Shown: in pieces, positions 44,951-58,505 of the stretch
Layout: the number at the start of each line of letters is the position of its first letter
Numbering within the stretch: the stretch's first letter is position 1
NCBI GenBank assembly: GCA_040285825.1
Contig: JAUPSS010000010.1
Coordinates: 1,238,881-1,302,880 of the forward strand
Source of the DNA: Eukaryota sp. TZLM1-RC
Lineage: Eukaryota > Protista > Metamonada: BaSk clade
Length of the DNA: 64,000 nt
Direction: 5' to 3'
Made by a program: the position numbers and the translations under genes
Notes under the pieces: model-generated
What the model saw: only the letters and a program-made list of their open reading frames with translations
Told to the model about the DNA's origin: nothing
The model's database searches: none

Positions 44951-45779
44951 AGAGAATTAGAGAGTTTTGTCATGTAGAAAAAGAAAATCTGTAATGTGGG
45001 TATTCAGGAAGAAATATACTGTAATAAATATGTACTAATTGGCGTTGTGTTTTGGAGGTGGCTGGGTTCAAAAAAACTAGGGGTGATGACGGGCACAACA
45101 AAATACCATACATCTTGTTCCACCAAAACATTATGAGCAGAAGGAAAAATCAGTAAAAAATTGAAACAATAAAGAAGCTTCATAACAAAGCTGAATGACC
45201 AAAAGAATGTCTGACCGAACTTGTTTCACTGTAGCAGGGGTCAGTAGTGAGTTGAGTGCACATGACTGAGTGAATAAACGTAACACAGGATTGGATGTCT
45301 GGCATGCAGTGAGAATAAACCGCCCATCTATCAAATTTTACACTTGTCACCCCATGCTTAACTTTTGGGAGGTTTTCACTTTTCCATCACTTCATGACCT
45401 AGGTTTTGGTTATGTCGCAATGAAACCTTGATTATAGCTCTTTGCGCAACAACGATTTCTCTCACAATTTTTTCTTCTATTGTGGTTTTTTAAAAACTTT
45501 TTTTGAGAAAATAACTGTGTGAGTTTCACTTAAGCAGAATTTCCGACTCTATTTATTTATCAATTTCCCAAACCTAATGTAGTCTTTTGACGGCACCGTA
45601 CGTTAACCCTGAGCTCAATGAAGCTGATGACACTTAAAGCCAACAACCTCTTTGATTTTCCTGTGTTCAATATGATGGTTGGGCCATACTCAAACCTTGT
45701 TTTAGACGACTTAATGCTACCTTTGGAGCCTCATCTCATTTACCATGCAATACAGATTCAAATCAGTTATTGGTGATCT

Positions 45780-46150
45780 TTAGTCAAGTAGTTATCGGAA
45801 CTAGAGACTGGGAACAACGAAAACAATGAAATTCAGAGAACCTACCAAAGGAAAGGATTTGAGAATTGAAAATAAATATGATAGTTATAATGTCATTTTG
45901 ATTGATGAGTTTCGAACCAGTCGCAGTTGCTTCTTTTGTAAGAAAGCGGAGAAAACAGTTGAATCATTCCGATGGCGGAGATATCCTGGGCCATGGAAGA
46001 GGCATGAATAGTCTATTCGTCACGGGCTTACCATGTGGAAATCATGCGAAAGTTTGTGGAATAGAGATCGAAATGCTTCGCTGAATATGTTGGCAGTGAT
46101 GAAAGCACATGCAAAAGGTGGAGATAGACCAGTATACCTACAGAGAGCCA
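45780..46150 (+). pseudogene. Fanzor family C, C-terminal fragment
   Basis: DWEQRKQ/MKFREPTKGK, LIDEFRTSRSCFFC, RHGL...C...WNRDRNASLNM...RPVYLQR. Confidence 0.88.
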
Positions 46151-46209
46151 AGGTTGATGAAGGTTCAAAAAAGGCATTCATTTTATTGTTAAAGACAATA
46201 TCTGTAGTG

Positions 46210-48211
46210 ATGACTCTTGAGTGTTCGATCTGTGTTTCAGCATTTTCGGACAGCAACGTCCCCCTTATAGTTTGCACAGAGGGTCACACTTGCTGTCTTC
46301 AATGCTGCAAGAAACTTGACAGTTGTCCATTGTGTCGTTCACGCCTTTTATCATCACCCATTGTGAACCGACAATTACTAGATGTCATCTCAACACACTC
46401 TCAATCTTCTACTCTTTCTCTGTTTTTGCACAATCCTTTCCCAAGCCAAGCAATTGTCAAAACAAGTTTATCCGCTTTGCCTCACACTATCGCTCCTAAC
46501 AGCCTTTCACAGATTAAAATCCAATCCACCAATATACATCACGACCGTGATTTTATTAACATTGAATTTGCCCTCTTGTGCCAACCAATTGATGATTCCT
46601 TGATAGAAGCAACCTGGACTCGGCTTTCTTCACCTTTTGTCTTTAATCAATCAAATAAGATTGAAGCTAATTCAGTCATTCGTCTTTGTTGTCCTTTTTC
46701 CAATGTGACCTTGGCGATTTCTTTTGGTCACGACAGCCTACAATGTTCCATTCTAACAAATTGCCATGCCCTTACCGTTCCCAATCTTGATGGTGAAATC
46801 TCTACTCCATGCCTCTTTTCTCTCTACAAAAACAAAGTCTCTGTAGGTTCTCAACTCAAAGGTAAAGGTCACTTGAAGTCCATTGACCATGTTGTCAGCG
46901 TTGTCAAACATTTAATTGGTAAGAATCCAAAAGAAGTTTCGGACTGGGTCAGACATGGATGCCAGGGACTGAGTGTTGGTTATTTGAAGAGAGAACAGGA
47001 GAGAAAAAGGGTTGGGGTTTGCATTGAGGACCAGGAAATTAGTTTTGAAGAAATATTAGGATTTCTTTTTGGTTATTTAAAAGCGGGAGCTGAAAAATTC
47101 AGTGGTCAAAGCTTTTCTGATGCGGTCGTCTCTATTCCAAGTTATTTTGGTCCAAATCAACGATCTGCTATTCTTCAGAGTTCAAAACTTGCTGGATTTA
47201 ATGGCTTTCAGTTAGTTGAAGATTCAATTTCCTCTGTGTTTAGTCATTTGGTTAAAAATTCTATTTCTTTATTTTGTAATTTCTTGGTTGTTGATTTTGG
47301 AGTTTCTTTTGATTGTTCTGTAGTCGAAGTTTCCAATCAATCAACCAGGATAGTTTCCTTTTCCAATGATTTATCACTCACAAAAGATATTCGTCACCAT
47401 CTGTTTGAGTACTGTCTATCTCGTCTTGCTCGAGACTATCCTGCTACAGATTTCAATAATACCTCCTTAAGGTTTAAAAATTCTTTAAACTCTGCCATTG
47501 AATCAGTATTAATGGATTTTGACAATTCCGTGGATCCTGAACTTGTAATTCCTTCTTTCTCAGGAAAAGATCCTCTTGTTGTGGTTTTGTCTGGTGACTT
47601 TATTACGGAACTATTAAACCCTTTTATGAGCAGAGCCATGCGAACGATAGAACGCACCATGTTTGAGGCAAGCTTGTTTAATTATGATTATGTTTTAGTC
47701 ACAGGAAGAGTCAGCAGATTTAGTTTGTTTAAAAAGCATTTGGATACCAAGTTTGGTTCCATTTCTGATAATATTATTTTTATGGTGTGTTCAACTTTTG
47801 TTTTACTAATCAAAGCCGCATGATGTAGTTGTCCAAGGATCTTTGTTTGCCAAATTCTTCCATCACAACACCATCGCACAACCACTGACTTTATTCTCGA
47901 ATAAGAAAGACTGTATTGCCTCACATGGAGAAGCTCTTCCATTAACAAGGAATTTCTATTTTACTGCAAATGAACCATTTTCTGAGGTCAAGCTTGTAAT
48001 TCCAAATATTGGCTCCTTAACTGTTTTGGTTAAGGATAGTGCTGAGTTTGGTGTAGAGTTTCGTGTCAGCGACCAAGGTCTTTCAATCAAATCAGTTTAT
48101 GATGGTGCTGGATTAGCTTTAGATTATACCACCAATTTTGGTAGTTTAAGTGATGAAAAAATGGAACTAATTCAAGGAAAAATTAGTCTGTGGTTTGACC
48201 AACTTTTTTAA
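46210..48211 (+). CDS. RING finger + divergent Hsp70/actin-fold protein; intron 47785-47815
   Basis: CSIC...C..GH.CC..C...CPLCR; DAVVSIPSYFGPNQR, LVVDFG, VLVTG; the 31-nt intron (branch TACTAAT) restores PHDVVVQG. Confidence 0.8.
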
Positions 48212-48349
48212 TCTTAATGCTTTTTTGATGTATTTAATACATCTTTGTACTATAAAATTAATTTGCTGATAAAATCATTGGTCATGGTGATGATAGTGTG
48301 TGGTTTTATTTATTTTTATTTATTTTTAATTTCATTATTGTAAGTGAAC

Positions 48350-49980
48350 TTTTTTTTTTTTAAAAAACTGGAATATTTATTGAGATAAAAATAACCATCT
48401 AGAATTCAATATCCTCCAAACAAGCGTCACTATTACTGAACCTACTCACAGCATTACGTTCATATTCTACACCAATAGCTAAAAGTGCCTTTGAAATCAT
48501 TGTTGGAATAGACTTGAAAATGCAAAAACAATTCTATTTAACCAGAAAGTGGAGTTCATTGTTTTACCAGACCTATTCAGTAACACTTTTTAAAATTTTC
48601 CAAAAAGTGCAAGCCTGAAGGTCCAATATTGCCAAAAAGAGAAATTGCAAACGGCACAAACTGATATTTCACATGTTCCACTCTACCTAACTGTGCCAAA
48701 GGTTCTTCATATTTTTTTATCTTCTTTTTTTCGGCGTTAGATAACGGCGAGTCAGCGGAATACACTAAACGAGCAGCAGAATTTTTGCAAACATCCACTG
48801 AGACAACGTCTACAACATTGAGAACACCATCGATCCCTGGAGCTACTAAATCTGCCCTTCTTTTACCAAAGGAATCATCAGTTTGATCTGAAGACAGCTT
48901 ACGTACTAGTGGCTCAATAAATGCCTCTATATTGAAACTTTTGCACATGGCATATAATTGATCACGAACTGAGTCATGAACAAGTGAGCGATAAGTTATG
49001 AAATACTTACAGTTTAAAATATGGGAAAGCGTAACAACACTCTTGCAGCGACAAATTAAATCATTTGGCAATGAGCAAGGCCATAGAAAACATCTCAATC
49101 TCATTGCAGTGGTCCATTGGTGATCATTAAGTAGAAGGCCGTAAATGTTGGGAATTTGGGAGATTAAGCAACTTGAGCAACTGTCTTCAAGATCAATCAA
49201 AAAGTTTGCAAAAACGGGATTTTTTTCCTTAGCCAAGCTAAGACGTACAATATAATCCAAGTTTTCTAAAACTTTCAAAATTTTTTTCTGCAATTTTGCA
49301 AAAAGTCAATGGTAAGGAGAGCAAGCTTCTTGAAGGAAGTTCCACAATATCAGAGGGGAAACATTTAGCCCAAATATTGGGTGAAAGAGTTTCAATTTCC
49401 TGTTGCAAAGAAATAAGATAGGAGCTGCCACAATTTTCAATGAGATGAATTTTTTTCAGGAAAACGATTCACAAATTCATAAATAAAATTCTTTCCACCT
49501 CCAATAAAGGCAGCTTTACAAAGGTAGCTTGACTTATGAAAATCAACACCACCAAAATTTGTACCACAAAAAATGTGGCTTCGTAACTGAGATGCATCAA
49601 TTTCCAATAATTTTGCTAAAAAATTAGTTCTTTGTTCATTAAAAATGCGACAGAACTCCAAGGAAATTGATGGTGATGTTGATCTCAAAATATGAGTAAA
49701 TTTTCCAGAATAACAGATTTTGAGGAAAAAGAATTTCAAATGTTTCTCAATATTTAAATTTTCTATTGATTCTAATTCATTTCCAAATTGAGTCAACAGA
49801 GTCGAAAGTTGGCTTTTCACTTCATCAATATTTCCGAGATAACAACCCAAAAAACGAAAACCAGACTGATCATAATTGATAAAGGGGACATTTACATCAT
49901 TAATGAAAAAATCAATTGGTTCATGGCCAATAATCAAACATTTGGAGATATTCAATGAGAATGTAAGTGAACTCAAACTG
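48350..49980 (-). mobile_element. Family-B non-LTR retrotransposon, 5'-truncated (RT thumb to RLE) with poly(A)
   Basis: LNISKC, FRFLGCYLG, FGGVDF and RLE motifs; T-run at 48349-48361. Confidence 0.92.
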
Positions 49981-50624
49981 TTAATTCAGCAGTTTTATAA
50001 ATTAGTGTTGGTACAATACGATTTTAAATTTTATCTATGAAAAGCTAATATTTTGTTATAAACTTAAAATATAGAACAACTAGAATAACACACATTTCGG
50101 ATATTTAATTGACACGTGTCTACAAAACAAAGAGAGATCTATTGGAGACTTGGAAACAAAAACAATGGAGACGTATGTACACTGAAGCTTTTCGTATAAG
50201 ACCAAATCACTGATGTTTGTACTTCCCTCTGCTAAAGTAACAGCTCAAACCTGCAGAAATTAAAAACATTGCCTGCATTGTTGATTTTGTCTAAAACATT
50301 TCCTAAAAATAGATGGTTTTATATCAACTATTGATCAATGAAGAATTACCAGTTTTGTCTCAACTAATACAGTGTAAAATGTCCCAAATTCGTAATCATG
50401 CTTATCTTGGTACACAATACGGAGGTTAGGCTGGAAATAGCTTTAATGGCTGGACAAAAACCTCTATTCTCATTTCGTTTGTTTTTATTGGTGGATGCAG
50501 AAATGTTTTATTTCAGTTGTTTGAGAGATTTACTGATTTGAAAGGTAAAATAAGAACAACCCAAAGCTCAACTATTTTTGCATTAAATGAAGAAATTACA
50601 AAAAATATTATGTTCTGTATTTTT

Positions 50625-51725
50625 GTTGAAATAAAATTCTATCCACTATTGAATATCCTTCAAACAAGCATCACTATTACTAAACCTACTCAACACATTC
50701 CGTTCATATTCTACTCTATTCTATTCTTCTATTCTATTCTTCTATATTTAAGCTCAAAGAGCTTTAGAAATCGTTGTTTGAATACACTTTAAAATGCAAA
50801 AAACAATTCTATTGAACCAGAAAGTGGAATTCATTTTTTTACGTGATCTATTCAGTAAAACTTTTTTGAAGTTTTCAAAAAAGTGTGACCCTAAAGTGCA
50901 ATATTGCTAAAAAGAAAAATTGCAAAAAGCACAAACCGATATTTCACATGTTCGATTCTACCTATTTGTGCCAATGGTTCTTCATATTTTTTTATTTTCT
51001 TTTTTTCAGCGTTAGATAGCAGCGAATGAGCGGAATACACCAAAAGAGCAGCAAAATTTTTGCAGACATCTACTGAGACAACATCCATAACATTGAGAAC
51101 ACCATCGATCCCTGGAGCGACTAAATCTGTCCTTCTTTTACCACAAAAATCATCAGTTTGATTTGGAGATAGCTTACAAACTAATGGTTCAATAAAAGCT
51201 TCTTTATTGAAACTTTTGCACATGGCATATAATTGATCACGAACTGAGTCATGAACAATTGAGCGATAAGTTATAAAATATTTGCAGTTCCAAATATGGG
51301 AAAGCGTAACCACACTCTTGCATCGACAAATTAAATCATTAGGTAACGAACATGGTCATAAGAAACATCTCATTCTCATTGCAGTGGTCCATTGGTGATC
51401 ATTAAGTAGAAGCTGTAAATGTTGGCAATTTCGGAGATTAGGCAACTTGAGCAACTGTCTTCAAGATCAATCAAAAAGTTTGCAAAAACGGGACTTTTTT
51501 CTTTAGCCAAGCTAAGACGTACAATATAATCCAAGTTTTCTAAGATTTTTTTCTGCAACTTTGCAAAAGTCAGTGGTAAGGAGAGCAAGCTTCTTGAAGG
51601 AAGTTCCACAATAGAGGAAAAACATTGCTCAATATTCTGAGAAATATTAATATTCAAAGCTTCTTGAAGGAAGTTCCACAATAGAGGAAAAACATTGCTC
51701 AATATTCTGAGAAATATTAATATTC
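50625..51725 (-). mobile_element. Decayed family-B copy with a ~70-bp tandem duplication at its 5' edge
   Basis: Same RLE protein motifs; duplicated block at ~51587 and ~51657. Confidence 0.85.
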
Positions 51726-51889
51726 AAAGAAATAAGAAACATTTCAAAAATTGGTGCAGAAAAATAGAATCGATGTTTTGCTCAATCATCCAATGTCAAA
51801 ATTCATGAACAAAATTAGTTGAGAAATAATATATGCTTCGAACATTAAAAAAACGAATGACCAAAATGTTTGAGATATAAAGGTAAAAA

Positions 51890-52815
51890 ATGATAAAAAA
51901 AATGTATGAAGATGCTTCTTTTGAAAATTTATGCAACCCGGCTGTTTTAGATCAAGATCTCTATTCATTACTATCCGAAAAAGATGTGTGCGAGAACAAG
52001 TCAGCAGATTCACTACTACTCACAATTGTGTCGTAAAGGTTGGGCTATCAGAATTTTCACTGTTTGTGACCAATGTACCACGAAGATTTGAAATTTGTGC
52101 TTATAATAAACCTTTTGTAGCAAAAGTGAGATTTTATTTGAATATCCCTATTGACGAACTTCTATTAAAAGAAACATGTGTTTCTTCTAATTCTTCGCAG
52201 TTCACTTTACGTCATGCGTTTAATTGCCCCAAATTGACAACTTATCGTTCCTCAATACATGAAGCTGTCAAGGACACTGTGTTTAATATGGCAAGAAATG
52301 CAAGATTACCGTGTATTAAGGAGCCTTTGCTGAGAGAAATACTGTCATTTAACTCTGAAGCTGTTGTTGATTTTGTATCCTGTAAGGTTGCAAGTGACAC
52401 TTTGGTTCTAAAAAAGAACCTTAATCCTGTAAATGCACTTGAAAATAAAGCGAATGAAAAACATAGAAAATATGACAAGGATATCAAAGAAGCTCATGCT
52501 GATAGAAACAAACCATTTATTTTTATTGTTTTGCTATTTTCTAAAACCGAAGACTATCAGTAGAAGCAGGAACTTTTTTGAATGATTTCCAAAAAATAGT
52601 TCAAGAAAAAACAATGAAAAAAATTGGTATCTTTTGGTGGCGGTCGCTTATTCAATTTGCTATAATGAATAGATTACCTCAGTTTTTTTACAAATAGATA
52701 GAAGCAATAGCAAGAGAACAAATAGATCAGGAATTTGTAGAAGAAATCTTGGCTCTATGAAGTTGGACCTATGAGTTATAATTTCATTTTAGTAAGTTTT
52801 GTAGATCAATAAAAT
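51890..52815 (+). mobile_element. Diverged family-A non-LTR 3' fragment
   Basis: FTLRHAFNCPKL, HEAVKDTVF, KANEKHRKY. Confidence 0.85.
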
Positions 52816-52929
52816 AAAACTATCTATCAATGAAGGATTTTAATGAAATGTTGTTTGAAGTTCACTATTCCATGGTCGTCGATTTATCAGTTCCCCCACT
52901 ATCCCACTACTCCAACCGCCGTAGCAGAG

Positions 52930-53165
52930 GCAAATGTGCTCGAGTGTTTTGGTAAAAAGATATTTCTCCATAGAGAAGTCAGTGAAAGATTGAAAGTGTG
53001 TACTTTATTAACCCAATATTTTAAGCTTTCAGAAGACCTCAGAAAAGTCTCCAAATCCTACCTATTTTGATTTGAGTCAAAAAAATTTGATTGTTGAGGT
53101 TAAGACTGTGAATGGGGTTGAATTATTGGAAATTGACTTCAACATTTTAGAGAAGGTTTGCATTT
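52930..53165 (+). ncRNA. Fanzor family-A 3' remnant with candidate omega-RNA end
   Basis: AGAAGACCTCAGAAAAGTCTCCAAATCCTACCTATTTTGAT closely matches the reverse complement of 38487-38529; ends TGCATTT; KCARVFW*KDIS lies upstream. Confidence 0.6.
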
Positions 53166-53299
53166 CCAGTGAATTATTTTTTAGATCCATTGAGATGTCG
53201 TAGCAATGTTAACCCTATTTGTTACCTTCGACAGGGCTTTGATTCATGCTGTAATTTAATTGAATTAATTTATTCAATCTTTTTTCGATGTTTTGATGG

Positions 53300-56055
53300 T
53301 TAAAAAAGCGACATTATTCCGTTTTTGGAATTATTTCGAAAATTGTTAAAGGGGTATTTCAACATATTCTAATTTACATTTTGGTAATAGCATTTTGAGT
53401 TCATCAAATGGTGTAAAGCAAGGAGATCCGTTAGGACCTCTTTTGTTTTGTTTGGCCATTCATCCTATTTTACTGAAAATTCAAGAGATGTTTCCTTCAC
53501 TAAAAATGATTGCATATATGGATGATGTTGTGCATATTGGTGACTTAAATATTGTGAAACAAGCAACTGTATGTTTTAAAGAATTATTTACCAAAATTGG
53601 TCTCCGACTTAATTTACTTAAATGTGTTTTGTTATCGAATTCTCCAGTTTCCACAATAGTTGATGGTATTAAAATTCAAGCCAAATTATATTCAATCGAT
53701 GCTATTCGTCATTTGGGTTCGTTTTTAGGAAATAATGATGAAATTACCAAAAAATTGTTTGAAAAGTTGAAATCAATTTCTGAAAAAATTGACCGAATGA
53801 TGAATTTAGATATACAAAAACACATCAAATTTACCATTATAAGACTGTGTTTTAGTTCCAATTTTAATCATATATTTCGATCTACAAATCCTCTTGTCAC
53901 TAGACCTTTGGCTCAGAAGTTTAATGAATTACGTGCAAAAGTTCTGTCACAATTACTGGGATATAAAATGTTCCAAATTCCAGATCATGCTTACCTTAGT
54001 CCACATTATGGCGGTTTAAGGTGGACGAAGGCTTCTATTCTTACCTCGTATGCTTTTTGTTGGTGGATGCAGAAATGCAATCTTTGAGTTTTCCGAAAGA
54101 TTTGCAGATTGGGAAGATTGATTGATGACAACGCAAAGTTTCACTGTTTTTGCATTAAATGAAGAAATTTCAACAATTGATGTAGAAAAATGGGTCGATG
54201 TTTTCCCCAATCATTCAATGGCAATATTCCAGAAAAAAATGTTTTAAATTTGGAGTACACTCTTCGAACATTACAGAAAAGATTGACTGGAATGTATAGA
54301 AATGATCTTTATAATAATATATGCAGCTCGGCTGTTTTAAATCAAGATCTTCACTCATTGTTATTGGAAAAGGGTGTTTGTGAAAACCAGTCATCAGATT
54401 CCTCACTGTTTGTAACCATTGTACCACGAAGATTTGGATTGTGTGCCACTAATGAAGCATTTGTAACAAAAATGAGATTTTATTTGAACATCCCCATTAA
54501 CCAATTATTATCAAAAGAAAAATGTATTTGTTCGAATTCACCTCAACTCACTTTGCGCCATGCTCTAAATTGCTCTAAATTGATAACTTATCGTTCTTCA
54601 TTACATGATGCTGTTAGAGACACTGTTTTTCATATGACACGAACTGCAAGAATCTCGTGTGTCAAAGAGCCCCTGCTGAAGGAAACACTTTCTCTGAATA
54701 ATATTGGTTCTGATGATAGAGGTGATGTTTCCATAAGTTTTGGCGGTAAATAAGTCACATAGAAAACTAATGAAGATTAACCTTCCCTTTTGCTGAGTTT
54801 AAAAAAACAGTATATATTGATAGTTGTCTTTTAGTTGTCTCTTAGTCCACATATGGTGGTTTAGGTTGGACAAAGGCCTCTATTCTTATTTCATGTGCTT
54901 TTATCGGTGGATGCAGAGATGCAATATTTGAGTTTTCTGAAAGATTTACTGATTGGGAAGATTTATTAATGACAACGCAAAGTTCTACTATTTTTGCATT
55001 AAATGAAGAAATTTCAAAAATTGATAGAGAACAATGAAGTCGATTTTTTCTTCAATCATTCAATGGTAATATTCCTGAAAAGAATTTTTAAATTTAAAAT
55101 ACACTCTTCGAGCATTACAGAAACGATTGACTGGAATGTATGAAAAAGATCTTTATAATAATATATGCAGCTCGGCTGTTTTAAATCAAGATCTTCACTC
55201 ATTGTTATTGGAAAAGAGTGTTTGTGAAAACAAGTCATCAGATTCTTCACTTTTTGTAACCATTGTACCACGAAGATTTGGATTGTGTGCCACTAATGAA
55301 GCATTTGTAACAAAAATGAGATTATATTTAAATATCCCCATTAATCAATTATTATCAAAAGAAAAATGTATTTGTTCGAATTCACCTCAACTCACTTTGC
55401 GCCATGCTCTGAATTGCTCTGAATTGATAACTCATCGTTCTTCATTACATGATGCTGTTAGAGACACTGTTTTCAATATGGCACAAACAGCAAGAATATC
55501 GTGTATCAAAGAGCCCCTGCTGAAGGAAACACTTTCTCTGAATAATTTTGGTTCTGATGATAGAGGTGATGTATACTGTGATTGGATTGATAATTCTGAA
55601 GCTATTGTTGACTTTGTCTCATGTAATGTTGCAAATGATACTTTGGTTCACAGAAGAAAACTTAATCCTGTGGCTGCTCTGGATTTTAAAGCAAAAGAGA
55701 AACATAGAAAATATGATAAAGATATTGAAGAGGCTAATTTCGATAGAAATACACAGCTGGTTTTTATTGCTTTCCCATTTTCGATAAATGGAAGATTATC
55801 AGTTGAAGCAGGAACTTGTTTGAATGACTTCCAAAAAATGGTGCAAAAAAACAATGAAAAGATTTGATATTTTTCTATGGCGTTCACGGATTCAATTTGC
55901 CATAATTAATAGATTACCACGGTTTTTCAATCGAAGAGGAGAAGCTTTAGCTACACAGCAAGCAGATCAAGATTTTGTAGAGGAAATCTTGGTTCAATGA
56001 TAGTCGTCCCATTAGTTATGAGTTAATTTAATTAAGTGTGCAAATTCAATAAATA
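53300..56055 (+). mobile_element. Two tandem family-A non-LTR copies (53300-54730: RT to RLE; 54840-56055: thumb to 3' end)
   Basis: GVKQGDPLGPLLFCLAIHP, AYMDDVV, GLRLNLLKC, RHLGSFLG, YGGL; RLE RGDV..D...D...KEKHRKY. Confidence 0.93.
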
Positions 56056-57164
56056 GAAAACTTTGAATGTTTTGCAATGGTTCTAATATCCATTTTTTCC
56101 CCTTGATTAAACTCTTCCCAATAGCTTTGCTATGAAAGTCACCACATCAAAGAGTCCCCTGTGAGATATAGTCGCTTCACGCAACACCAAAACGTGCTAA
56201 TCCACTTTTGTGAACAGAAACACTTCTCGATTTTTAAATTTATTTTTTATTTAGAACCTTTTGTAGATCCAATGAATAGTTTCACTGATTCTCAGTCATT
56301 TGATATAGTTGAATGTTGTATTTCTCCGAAGGCAGGAAAGAGGAGAAGAAAGAAAAGTCAATGAAGCGAGTGCACACCCACTCATGTATGATAGTTGCAT
56401 GTTTGTTTTGTAGCTTTTGGGGTGTTTCTGCAATAAATTGAGTATGCTGGCTTGTCATTTATTGTTGAAACTTATAACCTGACTGCTGGTAATTATATGA
56501 TGCACCAATTGTCTCTATATTGTGTTTTTGCCCTGTATTTTTTGAGCAAAGTCTGTGTATTTTTCAGGTATGATTCTAACCATCAAATTACACGTCATAA
56601 GAGAATACCATAACCAAATGCAGCTACCATAACCAAATGGAGATTGTTCTGAAAGTATGGCCTTGATGTCACCAATTTATGGGAATATCTATTTTTCAGT
56701 GTGATATTTGAATTTATTAAAAAGATTCATATTAATGAAAAATTTGGAAATTCTGGAAAACAAAGTGAGATTTACGCTGGTAGTTCGGCCTATCGTTCAG
56801 ATTATGTGAGATGTTCAATGGTTTGTTCGACCGACTTACCATTGAGTCGGACTGTCACTTCGCAAACATAGAAATATAACAACAATTTGAATAAAAACTG
56901 TTAAGAGCATTAATGATTTTCTTAACGTTTTGCTTTGGGCATTTGGCTATCAGAGAATACTCTCTCTTTGTGGTAAATTTGGTTACACACCATGAACATG
57001 AATCAAATTTTCTCTCACATATTCGTGAGTTACCATTTGTTGTGGAGTCTCCGATTGATTCACAAATGAGGCGGAAAAGACGATTAAATTGATGATATTG
57101 GTTTGGGAAAACAATGTCGCAACAATGCATTCTTCGTCGTTGATCTGTTTAACAATGATTTTCT

Positions 57165-58505
57165 TGTTGCCGTTAGGCATTATGCTAGCTGTGTATATAT
57201 GGGTTAGTTAAGGCGGGTTAAGATAAAGATAATTTTATTTAATGTTATTCTATATACTTAGGTACTCACTAGTGAGATACCTACACCACCTTCTCCCGTT
57301 TTCTTAATTAAAATTGTTTACAGTTGTTCTTCCGCTCCCTTTGCGGATAACGCTTTTGCTGAGGCACGGGGAGAGCCTGAGCTGCGTTGTTGGATTTTAC
57401 AGATTTACGTTTTCTTTTATTAGGTTTCTTATTAAATCGTTGATACGCTTCTGAATATCTGATAGAATGGAGTGGTTCCTCGGTAGTATCTCCACCAAAC
57501 CATCTTACAGTACAGAAGGATCCTTGAGCAGTATTGTACTCGTCAAGGATTTCTTCGATGACATGTTTACCTGAATCTGTGGCTGCGATTGCTTTAAGTA
57601 GATCGACATCGTTAGGATCGTCAGCGTTATAAATTTTACAGTCCCTTTTAGAGACCGTTGTTTGTTCACCAGTCGTCAGGTTCTTTATTAATAAGGTGGA
57701 GTTGGAAGGGGTTTCTAAAACCAGATATGGGCCTAACCAAGATCCATGCAATTTATTAGGTTGTTTAGTCTTTCGAAGAATATAGTCACCAATATTAAAT
57801 GTATTTTCATCTATGTTTTTCGTACTGGGTGTATTTAGTAGTTGGTGATGCTCTGCTTCTTCCCATCTTTTTTGAAGGCGTTCATTCTTATATTTGAGGT
57901 CTTGCAAAAGTGGTACATTGGATTCAAAATCGAAAATGCCTCCTAGGATGTTAGCAGGATCTGATCTTGGGCTGATAGATGACCCAAACATCAGTTCGTA
58001 TGGAGTGTGATTTGTTATTCTACTTTTGGTTGAATTAATTAATAGTTGAGTTATAGGTACATATGTGGACCATGAATGATAGTCTTTGTAATCTATTAAT
58101 AATTTCCTTATACATTGTATCACATCTCGATGTTTTCTTTCAACCAATCCATTGCTCTCAGAATGGTAAGGAATTGATTTAGACACTTCGATTGACATTC
58201 TTTGGCAAAGCAAATTAAATAATTCGTTGGCGAACTCAGGGCCATTGTCACTATGTATAGACATATGTATGTCAAAAATAGCGCAGACGTTCCATATCAA
58301 AGCATCTGCTACTTCTAAGGCATTAAGTTCTTTTAAAGGTACAAGTATTGTATACCTGGTAAATAAATCGTCGAAAACTAGTAAATATTGATGCTGTATG
58401 GTTAGACATTGTACAGAATAGAGATAAAAGATAAAGATATTTATTCAATTTCACTGGCCCTTATAATGAGGATCTGTGGAAACAGATCCTCAAATATTCC
58501 TAACA
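57165..58505 (-). mobile_element. Deleted/chimeric Ty3/gypsy element: LTR (58389-58505), integrase+chromodomain (57308-58390), PPT, and a non-identical LTR (~57165-57285)
   Basis: HSDNGPEF, NGLVER, GPY motif; chromodomain HVIEEILD...VRWFG..TTEEP; PPT GAAAACGGGAGAAGGTGG. Confidence 0.85.
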
